From NCBI GenBank assembly GCA_043808015.1, contig JAZDFI010000030.1, forward strand, positions 1 to 58,371: a stretch of 58,371 bases of DNA, given 5' to 3'. A model generated the notes under the pieces. That model did not search any database. It was not told where the DNA came from and saw only the letters and a list, made by a program, of their open reading frames with translations. The stretch is from Candidatus Aenigmatarchaeota archaeon (GTDB lineage Archaea > Aenigmatarchaeota > Aenigmatarchaeia > QMZP01 > QMZT01). Of the stretch, positions 10,113 to 19,825 are shown in pieces. Position 1 is the first letter of the stretch, and the number at the start of each line of letters is the position of its first letter. Made by a program: the position numbers and the translations under genes.

Positions 10113-10255
10113 GTATTTGACGAATGACGCAGGCTACGCCTGCGCCTGTGTGCCAGGCCGACGCAAGCGCCGGCCTGCCTTTGACGTGCTGATAGATAGT
10201 ATTATTGAAATTATAATATTAAAAATAAAAGGGAAGAAAAGGCTTTTTATTGTTT

Positions 10256-12442
10256 TTAAGCCGCGTCCGTTATGCCCTTTCTCTGCTTTATCTGGCCTAT
10301 GACTCTCGGCTCGAGCTCCCTGGGCATCGGTTCGTAGATGATGTCTATTAGCCAGTAGAAGCCTTTGCCGCCAGTCGATGACTTGAGGGCGGAGTTGAAG
10401 CCGAACATATCTGCGACGGGAAGCTTTGCGGTAATCGTCGTCGTGCCGCGCTCCTCGCTCATCTCTAGTATTTGCCCGCGGCGGTTCTGGACTTCTTTCA
10501 TGGCCCCGCTCATCTGCTCCGAAGGGACGTCTATCCTTATCACCTGCTTGGGTTCAAGTATGAAAGCCTTCGCGGCGACCATCGAATCCCTTACAGCCGC
10601 ACGGACAGCTGGTATGACCTGCGCCGGGCCCCTGTGTATGGCGTCCTCGTGAAGCTTCGCGTCGACAATCTTTATCTTCACAGCGTCGCACGGCTCTTTC
10701 GCCAGCGGGCCCTCGTCCATCGCTTCCACAAATGATTCTTTAAGCATTTCCATGATTTCAAGGATCGAGTGAACTCCTCGCGTCGCGTCCACGAACATGT
10801 TCCTGTTATGTATGAGCTTGACCTTCTTCGCTTCGTCGCGGTCCAGACCGAGGTTTATGAGCTTTTCCACAACCTCGACATCCTTTTTCTTGAACTCAAA
10901 CGTCGATGGTACATCGCCTCTCACCATGGCCTCGTGTATCTTCGGGTCGAGCGGCTCTGCCACGAGATAGAATCTGTTGTGCTTGTTGGGCGACTTGCCT
11001 TCGATCGCCTCAGGGCTCGTGCTCCTCACGGATTCCCTGTAGATCACGATTGGAGGCGAAACGTCGACTTCTATTTCAGCTTCCTTTAGCGGGCGCTCTA
11101 TCTTCGCGTCGATGTGCAGCTCACCCAATCCCGAAACGAGATACTCTCCAGTCTCCTCGTTAATCTTGACTCTGAGCGTCGGATCTTCTTTGGCGACGCG
11201 CCTCAGGAAATCGATGAGCTTTGTCAGTTGCTGCGGCTTCTTGGGTTCTATCGCCTTGACCACAACCGGCTCGAATATGTGCGATATCGACTCGAAACCC
11301 GGTATGGGATTTTCAGGGTCGCAGATGGTTTCGCCGGAGAACGAGTCCTTAAGACCAACGATTCCGACGATGTTGCCTGCATCGACCTCATCCATGCTTA
11401 TCCTCTGCGCTCCCTTGTAAACGGAAACCTGCTGTACCTTCTGCGATTTGGCCATGCCGACCAGATAGACTTCCTGGCCGACCTTCATCTTGCCCGAGAA
11501 TATCCTGACCGTCGCGACGTAACCTGCATGCGGGTCAGGGTAGAGTTTCGTGACAATCGCCGCCAGTTTGCCGTTGGGGTTGCAGCTTGCCATGTCCTTC
11601 CCCACTTCAGAATCCTTCTCGCCCGGCCATATCCTCGGTATCCTGTACTTCTGCGCGTTGAGCGGGTTTGGTAAATGCGTGATTATCATATCAAGGACAA
11701 CGCCGTGCAGCGGCGCTAGTTTCGCCAGCTCTTTCTCGCCTTCAGCACCCCTTTCGGTGAAGTCTATTATGTCCTTGAACGTCATTTTCGACGTCATCAT
11801 GAATGGGACGGAAATCGCCCAGTTCTTGACGGCCGAGCCGAATGCGACGCTCCCGTCGTTTACGCTGATAATGCACCTCTCAGCGAATTCTTTCTCAGCG
11901 TATTTCTGGATGAGAGCATTGACGTCAGTGATTATTTTTTTGAACCTATCCTGCATCTGCTCTGGCGTGAGTTTCAATTCTTTTATCAGCCTGTCGACCT
12001 TGTTGACGAAAAGAACCGGTTTTACGCGCTCTTTTAGCGCTTGTCGTATTACGGTCTCGGTCTGCGGCATGACAGCTTCGACTGCGTCGATAAGCACGAT
12101 TACGCCGTCTACCGCGCGCATCGCTCTCGTCACGTCGCCGCCGAAGTCCACGTGACCTGGCGTGTCAATAAGGTTGATGAGGTAGTCCTCGCCGTGGAAA
12201 TCGTGAATCATGCTCGCGTTCGCGGCGAATATAGTGATGCCACGCTCCTGCTCCTGCGCGTCGAAGTCCATCGCCAGCTGCTTGCCTGCAAGTTCCTGCG
12301 ATATCATGCCGGCGCCTGCGAGCAGGTTGTCTGAGAACGTCGTCTTGCCGTGGTCTATGTGGGCGACGATGCCTATGTTGCGGATTTTTTCCGGCTTAAG
12401 CATAAGGTCCCTGATTGTTGAAGTCACATCTTTTGTTGCCAT
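10256..12442 (-). CDS. fusA: translation elongation factor aEF-2
   Basis: AHIDHGKTT, RGITI, DTPGHVDF, NKVD; diphthamide loop LHEDAIHRGPAQVIP. Confidence 0.98.
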   Translation of the reverse strand: MATKDVTSTIRDLMLKPEKIRNIGIVAHIDHGKTTFSDNLLAGAGMISQELAGKQLAMDFDAQEQERGITIFAANASMIHDFHGEDYLINLIDTPGHVDFGGDVTRAMRAVDGVIVLIDAVEAVMPQTETVIRQALKERVKPVLFVNKVDRLIKELKLTPEQMQDRFKKIITDVNALIQKYAEKEFAERCIISVNDGSVAFGSAVKNWAISVPFMMTSKMTFKDIIDFTERGAEGEKELAKLAPLHGVVLDMIITHLPNPLNAQKYRIPRIWPGEKDSEVGKDMASCNPNGKLAAIVTKLYPDPHAGYVATVRIFSGKMKVGQEVYLVGMAKSQKVQQVSVYKGAQRISMDEVDAGNIVGIVGLKDSFSGETICDPENPIPGFESISHIFEPVVVKAIEPKKPQQLTKLIDFLRRVAKEDPTLRVKINEETGEYLVSGLGELHIDAKIERPLKEAEIEVDVSPPIVIYRESVRSTSPEAIEGKSPNKHNRFYLVAEPLDPKIHEAMVRGDVPSTFEFKKKDVEVVEKLINLGLDRDEAKKVKLIHNRNMFVDATRGVHSILEIMEMLKESFVEAMDEGPLAKEPCDAVKIKIVDAKLHEDAIHRGPAQVIPAVRAAVRDSMVAAKAFILEPKQVIRIDVPSEQMSGAMKEVQNRRGQILEMSEERGTTTITAKLPVADMFGFNSALKSSTGGKGFYWLIDIIYEPMPRELEPRVIGQIKQRKGITDAA

Positions 12443-12468
12443 AAAAAACACCTGCCTATAGAAAAATT

Positions 12469-13065
12469 TTACCTGGCACCTTCCGCTTCCTTCTCGAGCC
12501 TCTGGCGCTCTCGGATGACGTTGCTTCTCTGGTCGTTCGCGGCTATCTCAATCAGCGAATCCGCAAGCACATTGGCAAAAGTCTTTTTGTTGTGGAAGGA
12601 TTTGAAGAAAATTTCCTGAGCAATCAGCCTTAGCGCCATGTCCAGTCGCCTTTGAGGCGATACGACGACCGCTTTTCGCGATATCATGCCGCCGACCCTG
12701 TAGCCCATTACTTCCTCGTACATGGCGCCGTTTTCTATCGCATCGATGAGAACCTGTATCGGGTTCTTTTTCGTCTTGGTCTCTATTATAGCGAAGCCGT
12801 CCCTGACGGAGCCGGCGATGTTCTGGTAGGTTCCAACCACATGACCCGAAGTCAGCTTGTGCTTCTTGCCCTTGTGACCCGGGACGAAAAGCTTCGTGAT
12901 TAAGCGCTCCACGATGCTCATCTTGACCTTGTGAATCGACATTGTGCCGTATTTGCCGTTTGTCTTCGGCACCACAATAGGCACGAGATTGATGTATTTC
13001 TTGAGGCCCTGGTCTTTAACCTGGACCGAGGAGAAATCCCACCTGTTGAAAAGAAGAATTGCCAT
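12469..13065 (-). CDS. rps7: 30S ribosomal protein S7 (uS7)
   Basis: NPIQVL, VSPQRRLDMAL; position in the str cluster. Confidence 0.95.
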   Translation of the reverse strand: MAILLFNRWDFSSVQVKDQGLKKYINLVPIVVPKTNGKYGTMSIHKVKMSIVERLITKLFVPGHKGKKHKLTSGHVVGTYQNIAGSVRDGFAIIETKTKKNPIQVLIDAIENGAMYEEVMGYRVGGMISRKAVVVSPQRRLDMALRLIAQEIFFKSFHNKKTFANVLADSLIEIAANDQRSNVIRERQRLEKEAEGAR

Positions 13066-13067
13066 GT

Positions 13068-13496
13068 TTATCCGCTTCCCTTACCTTTTTCCTTCTTGCC
13101 CTTGAGAATCTCCGGCAAAGAAACGCCGTTGACTGCTATGACCCTGAACTGCACGCCGTGCATCGAACCGATTGCGCCGCCCTGCGACGCTCCCAGTCCC
13201 TCTATGGTGACTTCGTCGTGCTCGTCTATGTGCTTTATGGAGCCGGTCTTCGGCGTGAACGCCGTTACCTGGATGCCGTTCTTTATGAGCTGGCACCTGA
13301 CGGCCTTGATTATGCCCGAGTGCGGCTGCTTCTGCTCTATGCCTTTCTTCTTTAGGACCAGCGCGCGTCCCATGGGCGCTCCCTTGAGAGGGCCTTTCCT
13401 CCACAGCTGCAAAAGCTTGCGCTTTTTGTGGTCAGCCTTCCATCTAAAGCGCTTCCTATTTTTCTTCAGATTCCTTGCAGCGAATGTTCCTGGCAT
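13068..13496 (-). CDS. rps12: 30S ribosomal protein S12 (uS12)
   Basis: KQPHSGIIKAVRCQLIKNG, IDEHDEV. Confidence 0.95.
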   Translation of the reverse strand: MPGTFAARNLKKNRKRFRWKADHKKRKLLQLWRKGPLKGAPMGRALVLKKKGIEQKQPHSGIIKAVRCQLIKNGIQVTAFTPKTGSIKHIDEHDEVTIEGLGASQGGAIGSMHGVQFRVIAVNGVSLPEILKGKKEKGKGSG

Positions 13497-13526
13497 AGTT
13501 ATCTCACGTATTAATCCTTAGATATA

Positions 13527-13931
13527 TTATTTGAGCCTTAAATTCTTGATGGCGAAGTGCCTGTCTAGGAACAGCCTTATTATCTTTATGTTCTTGCCGC
13601 TTTTGCCTATGACAGCCGACCGTTCGGATGCGGGCACCGAGACCGTCACGACGCCGTTGCTTATGTCAAGCGAGTTTATGCTCGGTATGAGGCTCCTGAC
13701 GAGCTTCTCGGGCGTGTCGGCGTATTCGAATATCTTGACCTTCTTGCCGAGCGTTCCTGATATGTTCTTTATGTTCGCTCCATTCCTGCCTATGGCAAGA
13801 CCCATCTTGCCCGGTTCTATCAGGAAATATACAGTATCATCATCGACGATGCAGTCCCTTACGTGCACGCCTATGAGGCGCTCGAAAGTTCCGACTATGC
13901 GCACGTCCTCAGTTGTAAGTTTGATGGTCAT
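13527..13931 (-). CDS. nusA: archaeal NusA-like KH-domain protein
   Basis: Two KH motifs (AIGRNGANIK, VIGKSGKNIK); lies between L30e and S12. Confidence 0.93.
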   Translation of the reverse strand: MTIKLTTEDVRIVGTFERLIGVHVRDCIVDDDTVYFLIEPGKMGLAIGRNGANIKNISGTLGKKVKIFEYADTPEKLVRSLIPSINSLDISNGVVTVSVPASERSAVIGKSGKNIKIIRLFLDRHFAIKNLRLK

Positions 13932-13943
13932 ATGTGTGTCAGC

Positions 13944-14207
13944 TCACTTTTTCACGCCGAGCAGCATTATATTGAACGGCTTTCCGCATATTTCTCCGAG
14001 CTGCCTCGAATTGCCAGTGAACTTCTTTACATCAAGACCGAAGTTCCTGTTGTAGTAATCCAGGTCGCTTCTGACTTCCTGGCTGCAGTTCTCGGGGCAG
14101 ATGACGTATTTTATCGCCTCGTCCTTTATGCCCTTCATGACCATCCTGGTGCCGATTATTAATTTCTCCTCTCTCATCGCGTCCTTGACTTCTTTTTCTA
14201 TGGTCAT
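13944..14207 (-). CDS. rpl30e: 50S ribosomal protein L30e
   Basis: LIIGTR, GNSRQLGEICGKPF. Confidence 0.92.
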   Translation of the reverse strand: MTIEKEVKDAMREEKLIIGTRMVMKGIKDEAIKYVICPENCSQEVRSDLDYYNRNFGLDVKKFTGNSRQLGEICGKPFNIMLLGVKK

Positions 14208-14223
14208 ACGATCACATGCAACA

Positions 14224-14610
14224 TCAATATATGAATCCCAGCAGCGCGCCGCCGACTCCTTCTTTTTTCGCGGTCCTGTGGTCCAGCAAACCCTTCGACG
14301 TCGTGATGAAAAGTATGCCTACGCTCACAGACGGAAGGTATCTCTTCTCCCAGGTTATGAACTCCTGCTTGTTTATGTAGAATCTCGGCCTTATCGAGCC
14401 GCAGTCGTTTATCCTGCCGAGCAGCTCTATTTTGAAATGCCCGCTCTTGCCGTCGTCCATGAACTCGAACGAGCCGATGTATTTGTTCTTCTGCATTATC
14501 TTGAGTACGTCCTTCACAGTCTTTGAGCTCGGGACTATGCACTCCTTCAGGCCAATCATCTCCGCGTTCTTTACGATGGCAAAAATGTCGGATAAAGTAT
14601 CATGTCTCAT
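14224..14610 (-). CDS. rps8: 30S ribosomal protein S8 (uS8)
   Basis: DDGKSG..IELLGRINDCG.I.PRF, TTSKG, GGALL; GAGGT SD before ATG 14610. Confidence 0.95.
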   Translation of the reverse strand: MRHDTLSDIFAIVKNAEMIGLKECIVPSSKTVKDVLKIMQKNKYIGSFEFMDDGKSGHFKIELLGRINDCGSIRPRFYINKQEFITWEKRYLPSVSVGILFITTSKGLLDHRTAKKEGVGGALLGFIY

Positions 14611-14621
14611 AATCAAACCTC

Positions 14622-14843
14622 TCACTGGTATTTTTCAAAGCCAAGCTCCCTGGCAATCTCCCTGAAGCACTGCCTGCAGTAGCTGAGGCCGTACTTGTGC
14701 ACGACTCCTTCAGTCTTCCCGCATCTCCTGCATGGCTTCATTGCCTTGCCGAATTTTCTGGGTTTTGAACTGTTGAACTTCATGAACCTCGCCAGTTTTA
14801 CTGGATTCGACTCAATCTGTTTCTTGGCATTTTCGAAACTCAT
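14622..14843 (-). CDS. rps14: 30S ribosomal protein S14 (uS14), Zn-type with N-terminal extension
   Basis: CRRC...CRQCFRE.A..LGF.KY. Confidence 0.93.
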   Translation of the reverse strand: MSFENAKKQIESNPVKLARFMKFNSSKPRKFGKAMKPCRRCGKTEGVVHKYGLSYCRQCFREIARELGFEKYQ

Positions 14844-14865
14844 ATGAACACCTTTTGAATATGAC

Positions 14866-15384
14866 TTATTCCTCCACCATCATTGTTATCTTCACATTGA
14901 ACTCTTTCTGTAACCATTCCTTCGCCTCTTCCGGAGTGATCCTGTGAGCCTTGCCTATCTTGCTCGGGCGGATTTTTTTCCTGCTCACCCTGTATCCCGG
15001 CCTTGTGAGCGTCGCGCAGACGTCCATGCCCATTATGCCTATCTCCGGGTCGTATTTGATGCCCGGGAGGTCTATGTATTCCTTTATGCCGAATGAAAAA
15101 TTGCCGTGCCTGTCGAACTGCGTCGGCTTGATTTTATTCTCGATTGCCTTGAGCGCGTTGATGAGGAACGTTCTCGCATTCTCGCCGCGCATCGTGGTCT
15201 TGACTCCTATGGGTTTGTTCTTGGCGCCGCCGAAAGTCGAGCGTTTATGAGTGGTGGTTATAACGATTTTCGTGCCTGCGAGCTTTTCGATGAGCCTTTT
15301 GGCCATTTCGAGCTTCGGGCCTGCCTCTCCAGCGCCTATGTTAATCGTGATCTTCTCCAAGCGTATCTTTCTCATGGGATTCAT
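14866..15384 (-). CDS. rpl5: 50S ribosomal protein L5 (uL5)
   Basis: [28 protein letters not shown]. Confidence 0.96.
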   Translation of the reverse strand: MNPMRKIRLEKITINIGAGEAGPKLEMAKRLIEKLAGTKIVITTTHKRSTFGGAKNKPIGVKTTMRGENARTFLINALKAIENKIKPTQFDRHGNFSFGIKEYIDLPGIKYDPEIGIMGMDVCATLTRPGYRVSRKKIRPSKIGKAHRITPEEAKEWLQKEFNVKITMMVEE

Positions 15385-16064
15385 TTGAACTCACCAACAA
15401 GCAAATATTCCTTTACTGTTTCTATATCGCCATCTTTCGTTTCCAGCACTATCCTGTTCCTGCCTATCATGGTCTTGCGGTCGAATATTTCCTTGACCTT
15501 GCCGTGCAGGCCGACGTTCTTGCCGGACATAACCATGGCGGATGAATTTTTCTCGAACTTGAAGTGCTGCAGGATTTTCTGGCTCGGCAGCTCTATGAGC
15601 AGCGAATCGTTCGGCCTGAACTCGTTCTTGTCGGTCAGGATATTCCTGCCGTCGTGCAGGTTCAGCTGGAAGCCGCCGCCTTTGACGATTGTCTTGTCCT
15701 GTATCCTGCAGAGTTTTTTGTCAGCTTCCTCGGCCGTTATCTCGTTGAGAAAAAGCCCGCTCTTGTTGACCATGACCCTGTAATGTTTGCCTATGCTCGG
15801 TATCTCGACGACGTCCATCAAGCCGACCGGGTAATTCGGGTCCTTCCTGGCTTTCTTGTCGACGAGAATCTCGCCTTTCTTTATGACCATCGACGCCTCT
15901 TTGGCGTTCCTGCAGACCTTGAGGACGTCCCTCAGAACGACCAGAAGCGGTATGCACTCGAACTTTTTGTGAGGTCCCGGCCTGGGAGCTATGACGAACT
16001 TGCGCTCCTTTTTTGACACGTGCCAGTATTTCGGAATCGAGTATCTCTTGAGATGCATAATCAT
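15381..16064 (-). CDS. rps4e: 30S ribosomal protein S4e
   Basis: HLKR, PRPGPH, YPVGLMDV, QLNLHDGRN. Confidence 0.96.
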   Translation of the reverse strand: MIMHLKRYSIPKYWHVSKKERKFVIAPRPGPHKKFECIPLLVVLRDVLKVCRNAKEASMVIKKGEILVDKKARKDPNYPVGLMDVVEIPSIGKHYRVMVNKSGLFLNEITAEEADKKLCRIQDKTIVKGGGFQLNLHDGRNILTDKNEFRPNDSLLIELPSQKILQHFKFEKNSSAMVMSGKNVGLHGKVKEIFDRKTMIGRNRIVLETKDGDIETVKEYLLVGEFK

Positions 16065-16516
16065 TCACCTTTCTTCTCGGCTTTGTTATCTTTTGTATCC
16101 TTCGCTTCTTTTGTTTTTTCAGGTTTGCTCTTAGCTCTCGAACGCTCTACAATCATCTGCCTTCTCTTGTCGTCCATCTTGGGATCGACCAGCAGCAGGT
16201 TCGAAGGATGCACGGATTTCATGATTTCGGAGCCGTCGACTTTCTTGACGTTGTAACCCTCGATGTAGATCTTGCTGTGTTTTAGATCGACCCTGTCGAC
16301 CTTGCCTTTGTAACCGGCGTTGGAGCCGCGCATTACCTTTACCTCATCGCCCTTCCTGATAGGAAGCGAACGCTTGCCGAACCTGTTTCTGAGCGCTTCG
16401 GAAAGATGGGCCGAGACGAACTTCTGCCTGATGTGCAGGGGGGCGTTGTACACATATTTCCTCTGCTTCCTCGGCTGCGTGCTCGAGACCCACTTGTTTG
16501 ACCATGCTTTTTTCAT
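16061..16516 (-). CDS. rpl24: 50S ribosomal protein L24 (uL24)
   Basis: QPRKQRK..YNAPLH, IRKGDEVKVMRG, HPSNL. Confidence 0.96.
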   Translation of the reverse strand: MKKAWSNKWVSSTQPRKQRKYVYNAPLHIRQKFVSAHLSEALRNRFGKRSLPIRKGDEVKVMRGSNAGYKGKVDRVDLKHSKIYIEGYNVKKVDGSEIMKSVHPSNLLLVDPKMDDKRRQMIVERSRAKSKPEKTKEAKDTKDNKAEKKGE

Positions 16517-16517
16517 A

Positions 16518-16916
16518 TCATACCACTATCGTTGCGATTTTGCCGACGGATGGGAAGCGCTCGACCGCTTCTTTAGCGACCGGTCCCTTGATTTGCGTTC
16601 CCTTCGGCTCGCCTTTTTCATCGATTATGACCGCGGCATTGTCCTCGAACTGGATGCGTATGCCGTCTGCTCTGGCGAACTCTCTTCGCTGGCGGATAAT
16701 CACCGCTCGGAAGACCTGATGGCGGACCTTTTCATCGCCGCTGTAAACCCTGCAGAATATGAGGTTTCCTACGCCGGCTTTCGGACGCATTCGCCTGCGG
16801 CCCTTGTAGCCGCTGGCTGCTATCATTTCCAGTATCTTCGCGCCGCTGTTGTCAGCGCATTTGAGTTGCGTCTTAGTGAAGACGCCGTAAGTCATCTTGG
16901 ATGTTAAGCCTTTCAT
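16518..16916 (-). CDS. rpl14: 50S ribosomal protein L14 (uL14)
   Basis: CADNSGAK, FEDNAAV, GTQIKGPVAKE. Confidence 0.97.
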   Translation of the reverse strand: MKGLTSKMTYGVFTKTQLKCADNSGAKILEMIAASGYKGRRRMRPKAGVGNLIFCRVYSGDEKVRHQVFRAVIIRQRREFARADGIRIQFEDNAAVIIDEKGEPKGTQIKGPVAKEAVERFPSVGKIATIVV

Positions 16917-16917
16917 T

Positions 16918-17277
16918 TCATTCCCCTTTCGCTTTCTGGACGTTGACTATGACGAAGTTTTTGGTTTTAGAGAGCGGCCTGCATTCCGCGACCGTGACTA
17001 AGTCGCCTTCGCGCGCTTTCATGCAAGGTGGGTTGTGGGCGACTATGCTGGACCGTCTCCTCTCGAATCTCTGGTATTTTTTGACGAACCTGTGGTAGCC
17101 CCATTCGACGATAGCGCTGTTCTTCGCCTTCGTCGATTTTACCTCGCCTTCAAAAATCCTGCCGCGCACCGGAAGCTTTCCGTGCCACGCGCATTTTACG
17201 TCAGAACATGATTCCTTTGGCTGGGGCAAACCGAGGCCGATATCCCTCTCTCTCGCTTTGGTGGTCATAATATTCAC
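16918..17277 (-). CDS. rps17: 30S ribosomal protein S17 (uS17)
   Basis: C.D.KC..HG.L.VRG, AHNPPC, ECRPLSKTK. Confidence 0.96.
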   Translation of the reverse strand: MNIMTTKARERDIGLGLPQPKESCSDVKCAWHGKLPVRGRIFEGEVKSTKAKNSAIVEWGYHRFVKKYQRFERRRSSIVAHNPPCMKAREGDLVTVAECRPLSKTKNFVIVNVQKAKGE

Positions 17278-17396
17278 ATAGACGGATGTATTATTTAAAT
17301 ATTATATATTAATAGTTTTGACATATTCTTACTGATTATATAGGTTTATGGATTATACTAATAGCGTGAAATACTTATAAAGCCAGTAGCTTACGA

Positions 17397-17675
17397 CTAC
17401 CACTGTCTGAGTTTCTTTTTTATCCTGTCTTCGGGCCGGCCGATGATGATTCTTCCATCCACTTTTACCCAAACAGAATCGACGCAGAAAGAGAAAACAC
17501 CTGTTTCTTTCGCGACTGAGATTTCTTTGCCCGCGGTTGTCTCGATGACCAGCATGTTCCGCGTCTCGTCTATCACTTTTCCGTTCAACCCGGCCAGCTT
17601 TTTATCGGCGTCGCTGACGATTCTTATCTTGAGGCCTATGAGTTCGTGCCTGACCAGATTTTCCGGGGTTATCAT
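17397..17675 (-). CDS. rnp1: ribonuclease P protein subunit Rpp29/POP4
   Basis: HELIGL, G.VIDETRN, GRPEDR; conserved position in the operon. Confidence 0.93.
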   Translation of the reverse strand: MITPENLVRHELIGLKIRIVSDADKKLAGLNGKVIDETRNMLVIETTAGKEISVAKETGVFSFCVDSVWVKVDGRIIIGRPEDRIKKKLRQW

Positions 17676-17733
17676 AAATAGAATATGTTCTCCTGTTTGT
17701 AAAAAACTTCCTGTGCGTTACACCAGCGGCTGC

Positions 17734-18039
17734 TCAGGAGACTTCTATTTTTTCCACCGGGAAACCGATTCTTACGAGCAGGTCCTTTATTTTCCTCCGG
17801 TGGTCTCCCTGCAGCTCTATGACGCCGTCCTTCATCGTGCCGCCGCATGCCAGCTTCATTTTAAGCTCTTTCAGGACATTCCTTATGTCCACGTCCTTGC
17901 TTATGCCCATGACAGTCGTGACGCTTTTGCCGAATCTCTTCTTTATCGAGGAGATGCGTATTTTCTCCTCTTCTTTGGCGATTGTCTGGCATGCGCATAT
18001 GTCCTTTGGCAGGCCGCAATTGGGGCAAATTTCTGTCAT
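17734..18039 (-). CDS. sui1: translation initiation factor aIF-1 (SUI1)
   Basis: CPNCGLPKDICAC, LACGGT, IELQGDH. Confidence 0.95.
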   Translation of the reverse strand: MTEICPNCGLPKDICACQTIAKEEEKIRISSIKKRFGKSVTTVMGISKDVDIRNVLKELKMKLACGGTMKDGVIELQGDHRRKIKDLLVRIGFPVEKIEVS

Positions 18040-18125
18040 TCCCTTAATCCACCCTCCGCTATTGAGAAAATGATGCTTTTGTCCGAGAGAATAAGGCTGT
18101 TCGCAGCGCTGGAATAAGCCATCAT

Positions 18126-18335
18126 TTATTTCTTCCTTTTCTCTCTTTTAATAGTTTTTATCCTGGCAAGGGTTCTGCGCACTTCCCTAATCCTGCCGGG
18201 CGACGTGACGGATGCGCCGATGTGTATGCTGGCGCGCTCCTTTGCGAGCTCGAGATGAAGATCCCTCGTCTGCTTTTCGAGCTCCTTTTCGTCCATTTTC
18301 CTGATGTCTTTCGGTCTGAGAATTGCCATAAGCAT
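18126..18335 (-). CDS. rpl29: 50S ribosomal protein L29 (uL29)
   Basis: DIRKM..KEL, PGRIREVRRTLARIKT. Confidence 0.93.
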   Translation of the reverse strand: MLMAILRPKDIRKMDEKELEKQTRDLHLELAKERASIHIGASVTSPGRIREVRRTLARIKTIKREKRKK

Positions 18336-18338
18336 TAC

Positions 18339-19004
18339 CTACTCTTTCTTCGCTTCTTCTTCCGCTTTCGCCTCTTCCTTGGGTTTTGTCTCGTGCTTTT
18401 TGACTTTTTCTTTCTTCTTTTCCACGACGTCAGTCGCCAATATCGGCACGGACTTCATTATCTTGACCTTGACGCCTATCTTGCCGGGCCTGGTCTGCGC
18501 TTCCTCGAACGCGGAATCTACCAGCTCCTTCGCCGGCTGGCCGCAGTGTTTCAGGTAGCCCTGAAGGAACTTGCCCGTTCTCGACTTCGAGCCGCCCAGC
18601 TTGCCCGCTATGACGATCTCGACGCCTACCGCTCCAGCATCCATGATCCTCTTGAGCATGATGTTGCCGATTTTCTTGTAGTTGTATCCCTTCTCGAGCG
18701 CGGTCGTTATTTTCTTCGCCATGATTTTCGCGTCGAGGTCCGGCCTGTTTATCGACTTGACGTCGACCTGCGGGTTCTCCAGCTTGAATTCGGCCTTCAG
18801 CCTGTCGGTCATCTCGTTTATCTTCCTGCCGCCGGCGCCGATTATCCTGCCCGGCCTGTCGGTGTGTATTATTATTTTTATGCCGAGCGGCGTGCGCTCG
18901 AGCTCGATCTTCGAATAGCTCTCCTCGGGGAAGTATTTCTTGATGAACGCCTCTATTTTCATCTTCCTTACAGAGTAGTCCACGAAGAATTTTTTCATCA
19001 ACAT
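18339..19004 (-). CDS. rps3: 30S ribosomal protein S3 (uS3)
   Basis: RTPLG, RPGRIIG..G, GA.GVEI.I.GKL, GKIGVKVKIM. Confidence 0.96.
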   Translation of the reverse strand: MLMKKFFVDYSVRKMKIEAFIKKYFPEESYSKIELERTPLGIKIIIHTDRPGRIIGAGGRKINEMTDRLKAEFKLENPQVDVKSINRPDLDAKIMAKKITTALEKGYNYKKIGNIMLKRIMDAGAVGVEIVIAGKLGGSKSRTGKFLQGYLKHCGQPAKELVDSAFEEAQTRPGKIGVKVKIMKSVPILATDVVEKKKEKVKKHETKPKEEAKAEEEAKKE

Positions 19005-19016
19005 AACATCATGACC

Positions 19017-19400
19017 TTATTTCTGGTGCAGGACAATCTGCACGTTCGTCACCTTTTTCTGCATCCTCTTCATCTTGGTTCGCCTTGGCCTGTAGAATGT
19101 GAAGCCCTGGTGCGCCGATGCGTAGATTATCATCCTCGTCGTGTCGAGGCCCTTGAACTCGGCGTTAGATTCCGCTGATTTAAGCAGGCTGAGAATCTCC
19201 TTGGTCGTGTTCGTGTAGAACTTGCCCTCGAGATTCCGCTTTCCGGTCAGCAGGTCATCCAAAAGACTCTTGCCCTTGATGAGATTCATGCCGGAAATCA
19301 CCCTGCAGATTATGACGGAGCTTTTCGTCGATATGGAGAGCGACCTGCCATAGGCTCTGGACGACTTCTTCGGATTCAGTTCAAGAGCGTATTTTAACAT
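19017..19400 (-). CDS. rpl22: 50S ribosomal protein L22 (uL22), shortened
   Basis: LSISTKSS..IC..I.GM, LLKSAESNAEFKGLD; position between S19 and S3. Confidence 0.9.
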   Translation of the reverse strand: MLKYALELNPKKSSRAYGRSLSISTKSSVIICRVISGMNLIKGKSLLDDLLTGKRNLEGKFYTNTTKEILSLLKSAESNAEFKGLDTTRMIIYASAHQGFTFYRPRRTKMKRMQKKVTNVQIVLHQK

Positions 19401-19411
19401 GCAATATCACT

Positions 19412-19792
19412 TTACTTGAGCGGCACGAACTTCGAGGATCTGGTCGCGCCGAAACCGGGGGCAGAGTGCTTTACCTGCTTCCTGGTGGGCGAAAATTCTC
19501 CGAGCCTGTGGCCCAGCATGTCCGCCTTCATCTCGAGTATCACGTACTCGCGTCCGTTGTAAACGCCTATCTTTGTGCCTATCATTTCAGGCAGTATGAC
19601 CATGTCTCTCTCTCGGGTGCGGTGGAATTTATTGTGATTCTTCCTTATCTTCTCGAGCAGCTTTTTCTGCCTATCAGTCATGCCCCTCTTAAGGCTTCGC
19701 CTTTGTCTCGACTTCAGCATGTTGCTGAACTCTTCCATTGTGAGCTTGCTTATTTCATCGAAGCTTTTCCCGCGGAATTCAAATTTCGCCAT
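19412..19792 (-). CDS. rps19: 30S ribosomal protein S19 (uS19)
   Basis: RDMVILPEMIG, MLGHRLGEFS.TRK, GATRSSKFVPLK. Confidence 0.97.
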   Translation of the reverse strand: MAKFEFRGKSFDEISKLTMEEFSNMLKSRQRRSLKRGMTDRQKKLLEKIRKNHNKFHRTRERDMVILPEMIGTKIGVYNGREYVILEMKADMLGHRLGEFSPTRKQVKHSAPGFGATRSSKFVPLK

Positions 19793-19825
19793 ACAGCATC
19801 ACATTAAGTTATCCTTATCCTACTT

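Noticed and set aside
18222-19178. Long alternative-frame or antisense ORFs (also 9126-10076, 32707-33564, 45025-45792 and similar)
   Set aside because: They shadow well-identified genes, have no recognisable motifs, and are explained by codon bias
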